Positions 10,872-22,278 of a stretch of 64,000 nt of DNA are shown in pieces (positions within the stretch are counted from its first letter, which is position 1; each line of letters opens with the position of its first letter). The stretch covers positions 169,211 through 233,210 of the forward strand of contig CAVYGE010000002.1 in the NCBI GenBank assembly GCA_963767985.1, given 5' to 3'. The notes under the pieces were generated by a model. The model was not told the origin of the DNA. It was given only the letters and a program-made list of their open reading frames with translations, and made no database searches. The position numbers were made by a program, and so were the translations under genes. Source of the stretch: an uncultured Chloroflexia bacterium (lineage in GTDB: Bacteria > Chloroflexota > Limnocylindria > QHBO01).

Positions 10872-12215
10872 ATGATCGTGGTGATGCGTCCGACGGCGAC
10901 GCGAGAGGAGATCGACGGCGTCAGACGCGCCGTGGAGGACAACGGGCTCGAGGCCTTCCTGAGCGAGGGCGAGGAGCGGACGGTCATCGGCGTCGTGGGC
11001 GATGTCGAGCGGGTCAACCACCTCGGCACGCTGCCCGGTGTCGACCAGGTCATCCGCGTCAGCTCCCCGTACAAGCTCGCCAGCATCCAGGAGCCCGGTG
11101 AACGGACCAGGGTGCGGGCCAACGGAACGGAGATCGGCCTGGGGCAGGAGCTGGTGGTCATGGCCGGCCCCTGCGCAGTCGAGTCGCGCGAGCAGCTGCT
11201 CGAGACGGCCCGATGCGTCGCACGGGAGGGCGCCCGCGTGCTGCGCGGCGGCGCCTTCAAGCCGCGCACCTCGCCGTACTCGTTCCAGGGCCTGGGCCTG
11301 CCGGCACTCAAGCTGCTTGCCGAAGCCCACGAGGAAACCGGCCTGCCGGTCATCAGCGAGGTCGTCGACCCCGCCGACGTGCCGATCTTCGAGGAGCACG
11401 TCGACATCCTCCAGGTCGGCGCCCGCAACATGCACAACTTCGTGCTCCTCAAGGCGGTCGGGCAGAGCCGCCGCCCCGTCCTCCTCAAGCGGGGCCTGTC
11501 CGCGACCATCGAGGAGTGGCTGCTCGCCGCCGAGTACATCCTGTCCGCCGGCAACCCGAACGTGATCCTGTGCGAGCGCGGCATCCGGACCTTCGAGACC
11601 GCCACCCGCAACACGCTCGACCTCTCGGCCGTGCCCGTGCTGCGCGAGCTGACCCACCTGCCGATCATCGTCGACCCGAGCCATGGGACCGGTCACCGAG
11701 CGCTGGTCGGACCGATGGCCCTGGCGGGCGCCGCCGTCGGTGCAGATGGCCTGATCATCGAGGTCCACCCTGATCCGGCCAACGCACGATCGGACGGTGA
11801 CCAGAGCCTGAGCTTCGACGAGTTCGGCGGCCTGATGGACGAGCTCCGACGCCTCCAGTTCGTGCGCGCGCCGGAGAGCCAGGCGGCGGTCACGGCAACG
11901 GCGGCGGCCGATGGCATCGACGACGTGCGCGATCGGATCGACGACCTCGACGCTCGCCTGGCCGGGATGGTCCAGGAGCGGGCGGCCCTGGCGCTCGAGG
12001 TGCAGCGACGCCGCGCGCCCGGCTCCCACGGCCACGATCCGCGACGCGAGCGCGCGCTGCTGGAGCGGGCGGCGAGCGGGACGACCGGGCCGATGACCCC
12101 CGTGGAGCTGACGCTCGTCTTCGACGCCCTGCTCCGCGCGTCGCGCTCGGTGCAGCGGCGTCACGCGCAGTCGGTCACCGAGGCCGAGGCGGCGACCGCC
12201 GGAAACGGCCGGTGA
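10872..12215 (+). CDS. aroF: Type I-beta DAHP synthase with N-terminal ACT-like domain and C-terminal AroQ chorismate mutase domain
   Basis: MIVVMRP...[11 protein letters not shown] (ACT-like), [45 protein letters not shown]; tail [15 protein letters not shown]...ER...DPRRE...ASRSVQ. Confidence 0.92.
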   Translation: MIVVMRPTATREEIDGVRRAVEDNGLEAFLSEGEERTVIGVVGDVERVNHLGTLPGVDQVIRVSSPYKLASIQEPGERTRVRANGTEIGLGQELVVMAGPCAVESREQLLETARCVAREGARVLRGGAFKPRTSPYSFQGLGLPALKLLAEAHEETGLPVISEVVDPADVPIFEEHVDILQVGARNMHNFVLLKAVGQSRRPVLLKRGLSATIEEWLLAAEYILSAGNPNVILCERGIRTFETATRNTLDLSAVPVLRELTHLPIIVDPSHGTGHRALVGPMALAGAAVGADGLIIEVHPDPANARSDGDQSLSFDEFGGLMDELRRLQFVRAPESQAAVTATAAADGIDDVRDRIDDLDARLAGMVQERAALALEVQRRRAPGSHGHDPRRERALLERAASGTTGPMTPVELTLVFDALLRASRSVQRRHAQSVTEAEAATAGNGR

Positions 12216-13499
12216 CGCCGGCGTCCACCGCCACCACCCTCCGACCCGCGGCTCGCCTCCGGGGGACGCTGACGCTGCCCCCGGACAAGTCGATCGCGCA
12301 CCGCGCCTTCATCTTCGCGGCCCTCTCCGGCGGCCCGTCGACGGTGACGATGGCCACGCCCGGACGAGACGTGCTGAGCACGATCACCTGCCTGCGTGAG
12401 CTCGGTGTCGAGATCGACGAGGCATCCCCGGGCCGATGGGAGATCCGCGGCCGGCCGATGCGTCACGCGACCCTCGACTGCGGCAACTCCGGCACCACGA
12501 TGCGGCTCCTGGCCGGGATGCTTGCCGGCCTCCCGCTGCGCGCCACCCTCGACGGCGACGCGTCGCTCCGCGCCCGACCGATGGAGCGCGTCGCGGAGCT
12601 GCTGCGCCGACACCGGGGCAGAGGTCGCGACCACCGACGGGCATGCGCCGATGACAATCGTTGGTCGCGCATCCCCCGCCCCTGCCGTGGTCGACATCAG
12701 CGTCTCCAGCGCGCAGCTGCTGGGCGCCTGCGCGCTCGCGGGCCTCGCGGCCACCGGTGAGACCCTGATCACGACCCCCGGACCGACCCGTGACCACACC
12801 GAGCGCATGCTGGCCTGGATGGGCGTACCGATCCGCCGCGCCGGTGGGACCACCACCCTCAGCGGGCCGGCGCGTCCGCGCCCCTTCGAGCTCGCGGTCC
12901 CCGGTGACCCTTCGGCGGCATCGGCGTGGCTGGTCGCCGCGGCGCTGCATCCCGACGCCGAGATCCGAATGGAGGACGTCGGTCTCAACCCGACGCGCCT
13001 GGCCCTGGTGGGGCTGCTGCAGCGCATGGGCGTCGAGATCGAGACGCGGATCACGGACGTGGCGGGGCCCGAGCCGATCGGGGAGATCGTGGTCCGCGGC
13101 GGCCGGCCGCTCGAGGCGGTGAACATCGGCGGCGCCCAGGTGGCCGAGCTCATCGACGAGCTGCCGCTGGTGGCCGTGGCCATGGCATCGGTGGCGGAGC
13201 CGTCCGAGCTGCACGACGCGTCGGAGCTGCGTGTGAAGGAGACGGATCGCATCGGCGCCATGGTGGAGGGCCTGCGTGCCATCGGCGCCAACGTGGAGGA
13301 GCTCGACGACGGCTGGCGGGTGAGCCGTGGCACACCGCGCGCGGGCGCCATCCGCACGCACGGCGACCATCGGATCGCGATCGCCTTCGCCGTGGCCGCC
13401 ACGGCGGGGATCGCGTCAGAGGTTGAGCTCGACGACGCGGACTGCGCGGCGGTCTCGTACCCGAGCTTCTGGGACGACCTCGCCGCGGTGACGCGCTGA
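12212..13499 (+). CDS. aroA: EPSP synthase (frameshift ~12605)
   Basis: [71 protein letters not shown]. Confidence 0.92.
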
Positions 13500-14698
13500 T
13501 GCGCCGCCTCCGCCTGCTGACCAGCGGCGAGTCACACGGCCCGGGGCTGTCCGGGATCCTCGAGGGCCTGCCCGCCGGCATGCGGGTGAGCACCCGGATC
13601 GTCGACCGCGACCTGAAGCGCCGCCAGCACGGCTACGGCAGCGGGAAGCGGATGCAGATCGAGCGCGACCGCGTGCAGTGGACGGCGGGCATCCGCTACG
13701 GGCGCACGCTCGGATCCCCCGTCGGCTTCAGCGTCGACAACCGCGACTGGGCGAACTGGACCGATCGCATGTCGGTCGAGCCGATCCCGGCGGATCGACG
13801 CCCCAAGCCGATCACCCGCGCGCGCCCCGGGCACATCGATCTCGCCGGCGCCCTGAAGTACGACACGGACGACGTGCGGAACGTGCTCGAGCGGGCATCG
13901 GCTCGGTCGACCACCCCGCGGGTCGTGGCGGGCAGCCTGGCTCGCCAGCTGCTCGCGACGTGCGGGGTGCGCATCTGGAGCTTCGTCGACCAGCTCGGGC
14001 CGGTCCGGGCGTTCCCCGACGCCGATGACGTCCTGGCCGCCATCCCCGACGGCTGGGCCGATCGCGACTTGGCCGATCCCTCCCCGCTTCGCTGCCCGGA
14101 CCCCGACGCGGAGCGTGCCATGCTCGCCGAAGTGGACGCGGCGAAGGAGGCCGGCGACTCGATCGGCGGCTCGTTCGTGGTCGTGGTCGAGGGCACGCCG
14201 ATCGGCCTGGGCTCGTCGTCCGAGTGGGACACCCGGCTCGACGGCCTGCTGGCCGGCGCGACGATGGCCATACCCGGCGTGAAGGGCGTCGAGATCGGGC
14301 TGGGGTTCGGGACCGTCGAGCGACGGGGCAGCGCGGTCCACGACGTCATCGATGCCGAGGAGGGCAGATGGCGGCGGCAGACGAATCGCGCCGGTGGGAT
14401 CGAGGGGGGCATCAGCAACGGCGAGCCGATCGTGGTCCGCGTCGCCCAGAAGCCGGTCTCGACCCTGCGCAGCCCGCTTCCGTCGCTCGACCTGACGACC
14501 GGCGAGAGCGGCCGCGCCCACATTGAGCGCAGCGACGTCACCGTCCTGGCGCGGGCGGCGATCGTGGGCGAGGCAATGGTGGCGCTGGTCCTCGCCGACG
14601 AGCTCCTCTTCTCGTTCGGGGGAGACTCCATCGGCGACCTGCGAGCGGCGGTGGCCCGCCGCCGGCGGCGGACGCGGGGACCGGGAGGGGCTCCGTGA
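13499..14698 (+). CDS. aroC: Chorismate synthase
   Basis: LTSGESHGP, RPGHIDL, ERASARST, GDSIGG, NRAGGIEGGISNG, KPVST, ERSD. Confidence 0.95.
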   Translation: MRRLRLLTSGESHGPGLSGILEGLPAGMRVSTRIVDRDLKRRQHGYGSGKRMQIERDRVQWTAGIRYGRTLGSPVGFSVDNRDWANWTDRMSVEPIPADRRPKPITRARPGHIDLAGALKYDTDDVRNVLERASARSTTPRVVAGSLARQLLATCGVRIWSFVDQLGPVRAFPDADDVLAAIPDGWADRDLADPSPLRCPDPDAERAMLAEVDAAKEAGDSIGGSFVVVVEGTPIGLGSSSEWDTRLDGLLAGATMAIPGVKGVEIGLGFGTVERRGSAVHDVIDAEEGRWRRQTNRAGGIEGGISNGEPIVVRVAQKPVSTLRSPLPSLDLTTGESGRAHIERSDVTVLARAAIVGEAMVALVLADELLFSFGGDSIGDLRAAVARRRRRTRGPGGAP

Positions 14699-15456
14699 CG
14701 GCCCTTGCCGTGCTCCTGGGCCAGGGCATCGGCTATTCGGCGTCTCCGGCCATGCACAACGCGGCGTTTGCCGCGCTCGGCGCCGACGCGCGATACGAGC
14801 TGCGCGACGTGGAGCTCCATGAGCTGGCAGCCGAGGTTGCCGCCCTGCGCGACGGCGATCGCATCGGCGCCAACATCACCCGCCCGTACAAGGTCACCGT
14901 CTGCGCCCTGGTCGACGAGCTGGGACCCGAGGTCAAGCGGCTCGGCGCGGCGAACACCATCGTGCGCTACGGCGACCGGTTGGTCGCCCACAACACCGAC
15001 CTCGCCGCCCTGCGCGGCGAGCTGCCCCCGGGAATCCGGCGCGCCGTCGTGCTCGGAGCCGGCGGCGCATCGCGGGCCGCGGTCGACGCGCTGGCCGCCA
15101 CCGGTTGCGAGGCGACCCTCGTCCTGGATCGCTCGCGCTGGGCCAACCTGCCGGGTGCGCTCGCCACGGCGGACCTCCTCATCAACGCGACGCCGGTGGG
15201 CACCGAATCCGACGAGACCCCGGTGCCGGCCTCGCTGCTTCGTCGCGAGATGGCGGTGCTCGACCTCGTGTACCGCCCGAGCCCGACGCGACTCGTGCGC
15301 GAGGCGCGTGCGGCAGGCGCGCGGGCGCGTGGCGGGGCCGGCATGCTGCTGCGCCAGGCGGCGCTCAGCTTCTCGATCTGGGCGGAGCGCGAGGCACCGA
15401 TCGACGCGATGCGCCAGGCGCTGCGCGCCGAGCTCGGACCCGGGGCCGATGTCTGA
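14695..15456 (+). CDS. aroE: Shikimate dehydrogenase
   Basis: SASPAMHN, GANITRPYK, AANT, HNTD, LGAGGASRA, INATPVG, DLVYRP, GMLLRQA. Confidence 0.92.
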   Translation: MTALAVLLGQGIGYSASPAMHNAAFAALGADARYELRDVELHELAAEVAALRDGDRIGANITRPYKVTVCALVDELGPEVKRLGAANTIVRYGDRLVAHNTDLAALRGELPPGIRRAVVLGAGGASRAAVDALAATGCEATLVLDRSRWANLPGALATADLLINATPVGTESDETPVPASLLRREMAVLDLVYRPSPTRLVREARAAGARARGGAGMLLRQAALSFSIWAEREAPIDAMRQALRAELGPGADV

Positions 15457-17019
15457 CGGCATGGGCGCGGGCGTCGTGCTCGTCGGCATGCCGGCAAGCG
15501 GCAAGTCCACGGTGGGGGCCGTGCTCGCCGAACGCCTCGGCGTCCCACACCTCGATACCGATGAGCTCGCCGCGCAGCGCATCGGCATGGCGGTGCCGGA
15601 GTACATCGAACGCCATGGCGAAGCCGCCTACCGCGTCGAGGAGTCCCGGGCGGTGCGCGCGGCATGCGCCACGCCCGGAGCCGTGATCTCGACCGGTGGG
15701 GGCGCCGTGCTCGACCCCCTCAACCGATGGGAGCTGTGGCACCACGGCACCGTGGCGTGGCTGGATCCCGAGGCGGCCGTGCTCCTCGCGCGACTCGAAG
15801 CCGATGGCGTCGCACGGCCGACCCTCCAGCCCTACGGCCCGGACCGCCTGGCCGCGGTGCGTGCTGAGCGCGCGCCCGTCTACCGCGCCGCGGATGTGCG
15901 GACCGACTCCACGCAGCCACCGGATGCGGTCGCCGACGAGGTCATCGCGGCAATGGGAGCCACACCCGCCCGGCGTCTGCTGGATGCCGAGGTGGAACGC
16001 CGCCACCCGATGGGGCCGCCGAGCGCGCGGATCGTGATGGGCGTGGACCTGGACGAGTCGCCCGGCGGCGTGGCGGTGGTGGATCGACGGCTGCTCGACC
16101 TGGCGCCTGACCTCGTGCGTCGCATCCGAGCGCGAGCACAATTGCCGCTGCGCGGTGGCGAGCGGACCAAGCGGCTCGGCTCACTCGAGCGCGTCCTGGA
16201 ATGGCTGGCGGCGCATCACGTGGAGCGCTCGACCTCGCTCGTCGCGGTCGGCGGGGGCACCATCGGCGACCTGGCGGGCACGGCGGCCGCGCTCTACGCG
16301 CGTGGCATCCCGCTGGTCCAGGTGCCCACGACGTGGTTGGCACAGGCGGACAGCGCCATCGGCGGCAAGGTGGCGATCGACCTGGGCTCCGCCAAGAATG
16401 CCGTGGGAGCCTTCTGGCCACCAGTGGCCGTCTACGCCGACGTGGGGGCGCTGCGCAGCCTGCCTCTCGCTCAGCGGCGGGACGGCATGGCCGAGTCGAT
16501 CAAGTCCGCGATGATCGGGGACCCGCTGCTGTGGGAGCTCATCGAGCGCCGCGGGGCCGGGGCGCTCCGCGCGGACGAGCCGGCGCGCTACGCCATCGTC
16601 GAGCGCAGTGCCCGCCTGAAGATCGGCGTCTGCGATCGCGATCCGTTCGAGACCGGGGAGCGCCGAACGCTGAACCTCGGCCACACCATCGGCCACGCGG
16701 TCGAGATCGAATCGGGTTACGGGCTGTCCCACGGCGCGGCCGTGGCGCTGGGGCTGCGCGCGGTGACCGCGATCGCGGCCGGTCGCGGCGCGGAATCCGA
16801 CGCTGCCCGACCGCCTCGATTCCCTGCTCGACGCCATGGGGTTCAGCCTGCGTCGCTCGTTCGACCCGGGCCGTCGTCCGCAGCGCCATGCTCGGCGACA
16901 AGAAGCGGCAGGCCGGGCGCCAGCGCTGGATCCTGCCGATGGAGATCGGGCGCGTGATCGAGGCCGACGACGTCACCGACTCCGAGGTGGAGGCCGCGCT
17001 GGCGGCGATCGCCGCGTGA
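15449..17019 (+). CDS. aroKB: Shikimate kinase / 3-dehydroquinate synthase fusion (frameshifts ~16800-16880)
   Basis: GMPASGKS P-loop, ISTGGG, RP.L, then GERTK, GGGTIGDLAG, VPTTWLAQADSAIGGK, KNAVGAF, LNLGHTIGHA, SHG.AVA, DKKR. Confidence 0.9.
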
Positions 17020-17870
17020 CGACCGTTGCCTACCAGGGCGAGCCGGGGGCGTTCGGCGAGGAGGCCGTCATCGGCTGGTTCGGGGATGACGCAACGCCGA
17101 TGCCGATGCCGACCTTCTCGGCGGTGTGCGCCGCCGTCGACGACGGCAGCGCCGATGCGGGCGTCCTGCCACTCGAGAACTCCCTGGCCGGCACGGTCGG
17201 CGACGCGCTCGATGCGCTGGCCGACGGCGACCTCCGGGTGGTCGGAGAGCTCCTGCTGCCGATTCGCCACCAGCTGCTGGTGCTGCCCGGCGTGCGGGTC
17301 GACGAGGTTCGACGCGTCAGCAGCCACTGGCAGGCGCTGGCGCAGTGCGAGCGATTCCTGGCGGACCGTTCGTGGGAGGTCGTCCCGGCTGCCGACACGG
17401 CCGGCGCGGCCCGCGAGCTCGCCAGCCGCGGAGAGCGAGGGGCGGCGGCGATCGCTTCGGCTCGCGCCGCCGAGCGCTACGGGCTTGAGATCGCGGCTCC
17501 CGACATCCAGGACGCGGCCCACAACATGACGCGCTTCGCCGTTCTTCGGCGAGAGGACGGTGATGGCATCGACCCGGCGGGCTCGCTTGCCCCACCGTCG
17601 GACGCCGCACGGGAGACGCTGATCACCTTCGAGACCGGCCACACGCCCGGCGACCTGTATCGCGCGCTGGGCTCCCTCGCCGATGCGGGGATCAACCTCA
17701 GCCGGATCGAGTCGCGGCCGTCGGGGAGCGGTCCGTGGCGCTACCGGTTCCTGGTCCAGGTCTCCGGCGACGCAGCCGCCGATCCCCTGGCGGCCGCCCT
17801 GCCGGGGCTGCGGCGGCACACCAGCTCGATGCGTGTGCTCGGTTCGTTCGGCGTGGCGGGAGGAGAATGA
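17016..17870 (+). CDS. pheA: Prephenate dehydratase with ACT domain
   Basis: VAYQGEPGAFGE, PLENSLAGTV, SHWQALAQC, NMTRF, NLSRIESRP. Confidence 0.93.
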   Translation: MTTVAYQGEPGAFGEEAVIGWFGDDATPMPMPTFSAVCAAVDDGSADAGVLPLENSLAGTVGDALDALADGDLRVVGELLLPIRHQLLVLPGVRVDEVRRVSSHWQALAQCERFLADRSWEVVPAADTAGAARELASRGERGAAAIASARAAERYGLEIAAPDIQDAAHNMTRFAVLRREDGDGIDPAGSLAPPSDAARETLITFETGHTPGDLYRALGSLADAGINLSRIESRPSGSGPWRYRFLVQVSGDAAADPLAAALPGLRRHTSSMRVLGSFGVAGGE

Positions 17871-17874
17871 GCCG

Positions 17875-18297
17875 ATGCGCATCCTCGTCCTGAACGGCCC
17901 GAACCTCGGCACGCTCGGCCGCCGTGAGCCGGAGATCTACGGCACGGCCACGCTCGACGAGATCGTCGAGTCGGCCCGAGCCCATGCGCTGGAGCGCGGC
18001 TCACTGCTCGATGCGTTCCAGTCGAACCACGAGGGCGCCCTCATCGATCGGCTCGAGCAGCTCGACTACGACGCGGTCATCTGCAACTTCGGCGCGCTGT
18101 CGCACACGTCGTATGCGCTCCATGACGCGCTGCGTGGATGTGGCCGCCCGGCGGTCGAGGTCCACATCAGCGACATCGCCGCCCGCGAGCCCTGGCGCCG
18201 GGTCTCGGTCACGGCACCGGCCACCGCGCACCAGGTCATCGGTCGGGGCTGGCGCGGCTACCTCGAGGCCATCGACTGGCTGCTCGAGTCCTCCTGA
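17875..18297 (+). CDS. aroQ: Type II 3-dehydroquinate dehydratase
   Basis: LNGPNLGTLGRREPEIYG, QSNHEG, HTSYALHDA, EVHIS. Confidence 0.93.
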   Translation: MRILVLNGPNLGTLGRREPEIYGTATLDEIVESARAHALERGSLLDAFQSNHEGALIDRLEQLDYDAVICNFGALSHTSYALHDALRGCGRPAVEVHISDIAAREPWRRVSVTAPATAHQVIGRGWRGYLEAIDWLLESS

Positions 18298-19101
18298 TCA
18301 ATCGGACGCGCCCCGACAGCTGCCCGGCGATCCCCGACCCGCCGAAGTTCCAGGGAGAGCCCGAACGTCGAGCTCATTGACTCGTCGGTCAGGACCTCGT
18401 CGATCGGACCGGCAGCAACGACGCGAGCATCGCGCATGAGCAGCGCATGGGTGAAGCCCGGCGGGATGTCCTCGACGCGATGGAGCACCACCACGACGGC
18501 GCCGATCGGTCCCGACGCGACGCGCGACAGGGTCGCCACCAGCGCCTCGCGGCCGCCGATGTCGAGCGAGGCCATCGGCTCGTCCAGGAGCAGCAGCGCC
18601 GGATCGGTGACCAGGGCACGGGCCAGCTGGATCGCGCAGCTGCTCGCCGGACGAGAAGGTCTCGATGGGCGCGTCGCGAGCGTCGGACATGCCGGCATCG
18701 GCGAGGGCGCGGATCGTGCGGTCCCGGTCGATGCGGCCCGGGTCGACGTACCACGGCAGCACGGCCCCGGCCTGCGCCGCGTCGACGATCTGGCGCGGCG
18801 TGAGCTCTGGAGGGACCATGGTCGCCAGCGACGGGCTCAGGTAGCCGATCCGGGGCCGCAATTCGGCGACATCCGTGCGCGCCAGCGGACTGCCGAGGAT
18901 CTCGACCGTTCCCGACGACGGCCGAAGATACGTGCTCGCGATCCGAACCAGCGTCGTCTTGCCCGCGCCGTTCGGACCGAGGACGACCCATCGCTCGCCC
19001 TCGCCGATCGTCCAGCTGACGTGCGAGACGATCTCGCGGCGCTGGCGGCGGACCGTGACGTCGCGCAGCTCGACGACGGACCCGCCGTTCGTCGGTGTGA
19101 T
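18258..19101 (-). CDS. ABC ATPase (ModF-like), frameshifted, start uncertain
   Basis: WVVLGPNGAGKTT, FSSGEQ, LLLLDEP, VLHRVEDIPPGFTHALL. Confidence 0.8.
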
Positions 19102-19111
19102 CGAGCGGCCC

Positions 19112-19731
19112 TCAGCCGGTGGTCGAGACGCGCGGCGGATGCGCCCGTTCGTACGCCTCGAGCGCCGGCTCCTGGGCCAGCAGGTACCCGAGCTCATCGG
19201 TCCCGTCCAGGATCATGCGACGCGCGAACGAGTCAACCGTGAAGCCGATGCGCCCGCCATCCGGCAGCCGGACCTCCTGCGCCTCGAGGTCGACCGTGAT
19301 CTCGGCATCCGGATCGTCCCGCACGATTGCCACGATGTGCCCGAGCTCCTCCGGCGAGACGGCGATCGGCAGCAGCCCGTTCTTCAGCGCGTTGTTGCGG
19401 AAGATGTCGGCGAAGCTGCTGCTGATGACCGCGCGGATGCCCCACGCGCCGAGGGCCCACGGCGCATGCTCGCGGGACGAGCCGCAGCCGAAGTTGTCGC
19501 CCACGACCAGCACGGACCGCCCCGCCATCTCGGGTCGGTTGATGACGAAGTCGGGGTTCGGCGAGCCATCGGCCAGGTAGCGCCAGTCGTGGAACAGCTG
19601 GTCGCCGAGGCCGGCGCGGTTGATCGTCTTCAGGAAGCGCGCCGGAATGATCTGGTCGGTGTCGATGTCGTTGCGGGGCAGCGGCACGACCGCCGAGGTC
19701 ACCGCGCGAACGGCTCGCGAACGGCGCTCAC
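19112..19731 (-). CDS. leuD: 3-isopropylmalate dehydratase small subunit (5' frameshift)
   Basis: [44 protein letters not shown]. Confidence 0.95.
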
Positions 19732-21160
19732 AGCAGCGCCCTCGGATCCGACAGCCGCCCGGTCACCGCCGATGCGACGGCGGTCAGCGGCGACGCCAGG
19801 AAGGTGCGACCGCCCTTGCCCTGCCGTGCCCTCGAAGTTGCGATTGCTGGTGCTGACGCTGTACTGGCCGGGGCTGAGCTGGTCGCCGTTCATGGCGATG
19901 CACATGCTGCAGCCCGGCCTCGCGCCACTCGGCGCCGGCGTCAGTGAAGACCTGCGACAGGCCCTCGTCCTCGGCCTGGCGCTTCACCTCGGTCGAGCCG
20001 GGGACCACCATCATCCGCACGCCATCGGCGACGTGGCGGCCTCGCAGCATGCGGGCCGCCTCGCGCAGGTCGCTGATGCGCGAGTTCGTGCACGACCCGA
20101 CGAAGACGACGTCGATCGGCTTGCCCAGGATCGGCTCGCCGGGGGTGAGGGCCATGTACTCGAGCGCGTGCTGGAGGGAGCTGCGCTGGTTCGCATCGGC
20201 GAGGCTGGCCGGGTCCGGGATGCGCTCGGTGATCGGGAAGCCCATGCCGGGGTTCGTGCCGTAGGTCACCATCGGCGTGAGCTCGCCGGCGTCGAAGGCG
20301 ATGCTGCGGTCGAAGGTCGCGCCCTCGTCGGTCGGCAGCCGGCGCCAGGCCTCGACCGCCGCGTCCCACGCCTCGCCCTGCGGCGCATGGGGTCGGCCGT
20401 GGACGTACTCGAAGGTGGTCTCGTCGGGGGCGATCAGCCCGGCCCGCGCCCCGCCCTCGATGCTCATGTTGCAGATCGTCATGCGGCCCTCCATGCCGAG
20501 CGCGCGGATCGCCGAGCCGCGGTACTCGAACACATGGCCGGTTCCGCCGCCGACGCCGATGCGCGACAGGAGCGACAGGATGATGTCCTTGGCGGTCACG
20601 CCGGGATGGAGCGTGCCGTCGACACGGACCTCGAACGTCTTCGGCCGGCGCTGGAGCAGCGTCTGGGTCGCCAGCACGTGCTCGACCTCGGTGGTGCCGA
20701 TGCCGAACGCCAGCGCCCCGAATGCCCCGTGAGTCGCCGTGTGCGAGTCGCCGCACACGATGGTCATGCCGGGCTGCGTCAGGCCCAGCTCCGGGCCGAT
20801 GACGTGGACGATCCCCTGGTGCGGCGAGCCGATGCCGTGGAGCGGCACGCCGAACTCGCGGCAGTTGTCCTCGAGGCGCTTCACCTGGGCCGCGGCGATC
20901 TCATCGGCGATCGGGAGGCTGCGGTCGGTGGTCGGGATCGAATGGTCGGCGGTGGCGACCGTCTGGCCGGGCCGTCGCACACGGAGGCCACGGTCGCGCA
21001 GCCCGTCGAAGGCCTGCGGGCTGGTGACCTCGTGGACGAGGTGCAGGTCGACGCCCAGGACGTCGGGGGCGCCGTCGGTCCCGGGCGCGACGACGTGGTC
21101 GTCCCAGATCTTCTCGACGATCGTGCGCGGGCGTGCGGAGTCGGGGCTGTGATCACTCAT
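19728..21160 (-). CDS. leuC: 3-isopropylmalate dehydratase large subunit (3' frameshifts)
   Basis: [55 protein letters not shown]. Confidence 0.95.
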
Positions 21161-21170
21161 CGGTGAGCCG

Positions 21171-21218
21171 ACCGTAGCCGATTCGTCAAGGGCTCGCTCT
21201 GGACGACTCGGATACAGT
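21171..21218. promoter_or_regulatory. Mirror-symmetric divergent promoter pair (leuC / cyclase)
   Basis: 20-bp arms 21171-21190 and 21199-21218 are inverted repeats (16/20 identical), each ending in a TAnnnT box. Confidence 0.65.
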
Positions 21219-21224
21219 GGCGCC

Positions 21225-22010
21225 ATGGCCGACGAGCAGCGGGAATCTTCGCTCGACTGGGAGATGATCCTGAGCGGTCAGCACCCGGATCTCGTGCGTC
21301 AGCGCCGCATCTTCCGCCACCTGCCATCGGATCCCCGTTGCAAGATGTGCCTCGCTCCCCAGGGTGGCCTCGGCGGTCCCGTCATGCGAGCGCTCGGCTT
21401 CGGGCGCTATCCGCCGAATCCGCAGCTGTGCAACAGCTGCTTCCGTCAGTCGGAGAAGCATCCGGGCGGCGCCGGCGCTCGAGATCACCGCCCTCTTCGC
21501 CGACATCCGAGGCTCGACCGGACTGGCGGAGAAGATGTCGGCGCGCGCGAGTACTCCGCCGCCGTCAACGAGTACATCCGGGCGGCCAGCCATGCGATCC
21601 GAGAGCCGAACGGTATCGTCGACAAGCTGCTCGGCGACGGCATCATGGCCCTCTTCATCCCGGGCTTCGTCGGCGAGCGCGGCCACGCCGAGGTGGGGAT
21701 CGAGGCGGCGCGCGCGATCCTGCGCGAGGTCGCGCTGCCGGTCGGCGTCGGCGTTCACAGCGGAGAGGCCTGGGTCGGTTTCGTCGGCGGGACGGACCAG
21801 GTCCGCGACTTCACCGCACTCGGCGACGCCGTCAATGTCGCGAGCCGGCTGGGCTCGGAAGCCGCCGGCGGCGAGATCCTGATCAGTGCCCGAACGGCCA
21901 GCGCGGCTGGCCTCGATACCTCGAGCCTGGAGTCGCGGCGCCTGGAGCTGCGCGGGCGATCGGAGCCGCTGGAGACCTGGTCGGAGCGGCTGGAGCGCGC
22001 GACCGCGTGA
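21225..22010 (+). CDS. Class III adenylate/guanylate cyclase with N-terminal CxxC...CxxC domain (frameshifts ~21475 and ~21545)
   Basis: RCKMC...LCNSC; [41 protein letters not shown]. Confidence 0.85.
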   Translation: MADEQRESSLDWEMILSGQHPDLVRQRRIFRHLPSDPRCKMCLAPQGGLGGPVMRALGFGRYPPNPQLCNSCFRQSEKHPGGAGARDHRPLRRHPRLDRTGGEDVGAREYSAAVNEYIRAASHAIREPNGIVDKLLGDGIMALFIPGFVGERGHAEVGIEAARAILREVALPVGVGVHSGEAWVGFVGGTDQVRDFTALGDAVNVASRLGSEAAGGEILISARTASAAGLDTSSLESRRLELRGRSEPLETWSERLERATA

Positions 22011-22268
22011 GCATCGGGCCGACGCTCGAGACCGAGCGGCTCATCCTGCGGCCGCCGGCGCCGGAGGACTTCGAGCCGTGGGCCGCCTTCATGGCCGACG
22101 CCGAGGTCACCCGCTTTCTGGGCGGTGTCCAGGGACGCGCGATGGCCTGGCGCAGCCTGTGCCAACCTCGGGTCCACGGTCCGCGGGGAGGGCATCCTGC
22201 CCGATCCCCTCAACATTCCCGTCGAGATCTGGGCGCAGACGCGCGACGAGTGGCGCGCACGCGGATGA
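22007..22268 (+). pseudogene. Internally deleted GNAT acetyltransferase remnant
   Basis: N-terminal PTLETERLILRPP..EDFEPWAAFMAD joined out of frame to C-terminal LPDPLNIPVEIWAQTRDEW; acetyl-CoA binding core missing. Confidence 0.6.
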
Positions 22269-22278
22269 CCACGCCGCC

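Noticed and set aside
15449-17019. AroK-AroB fusion as a novelty
   Set aside because: This bifunctional architecture is already known in several bacterial lineages.
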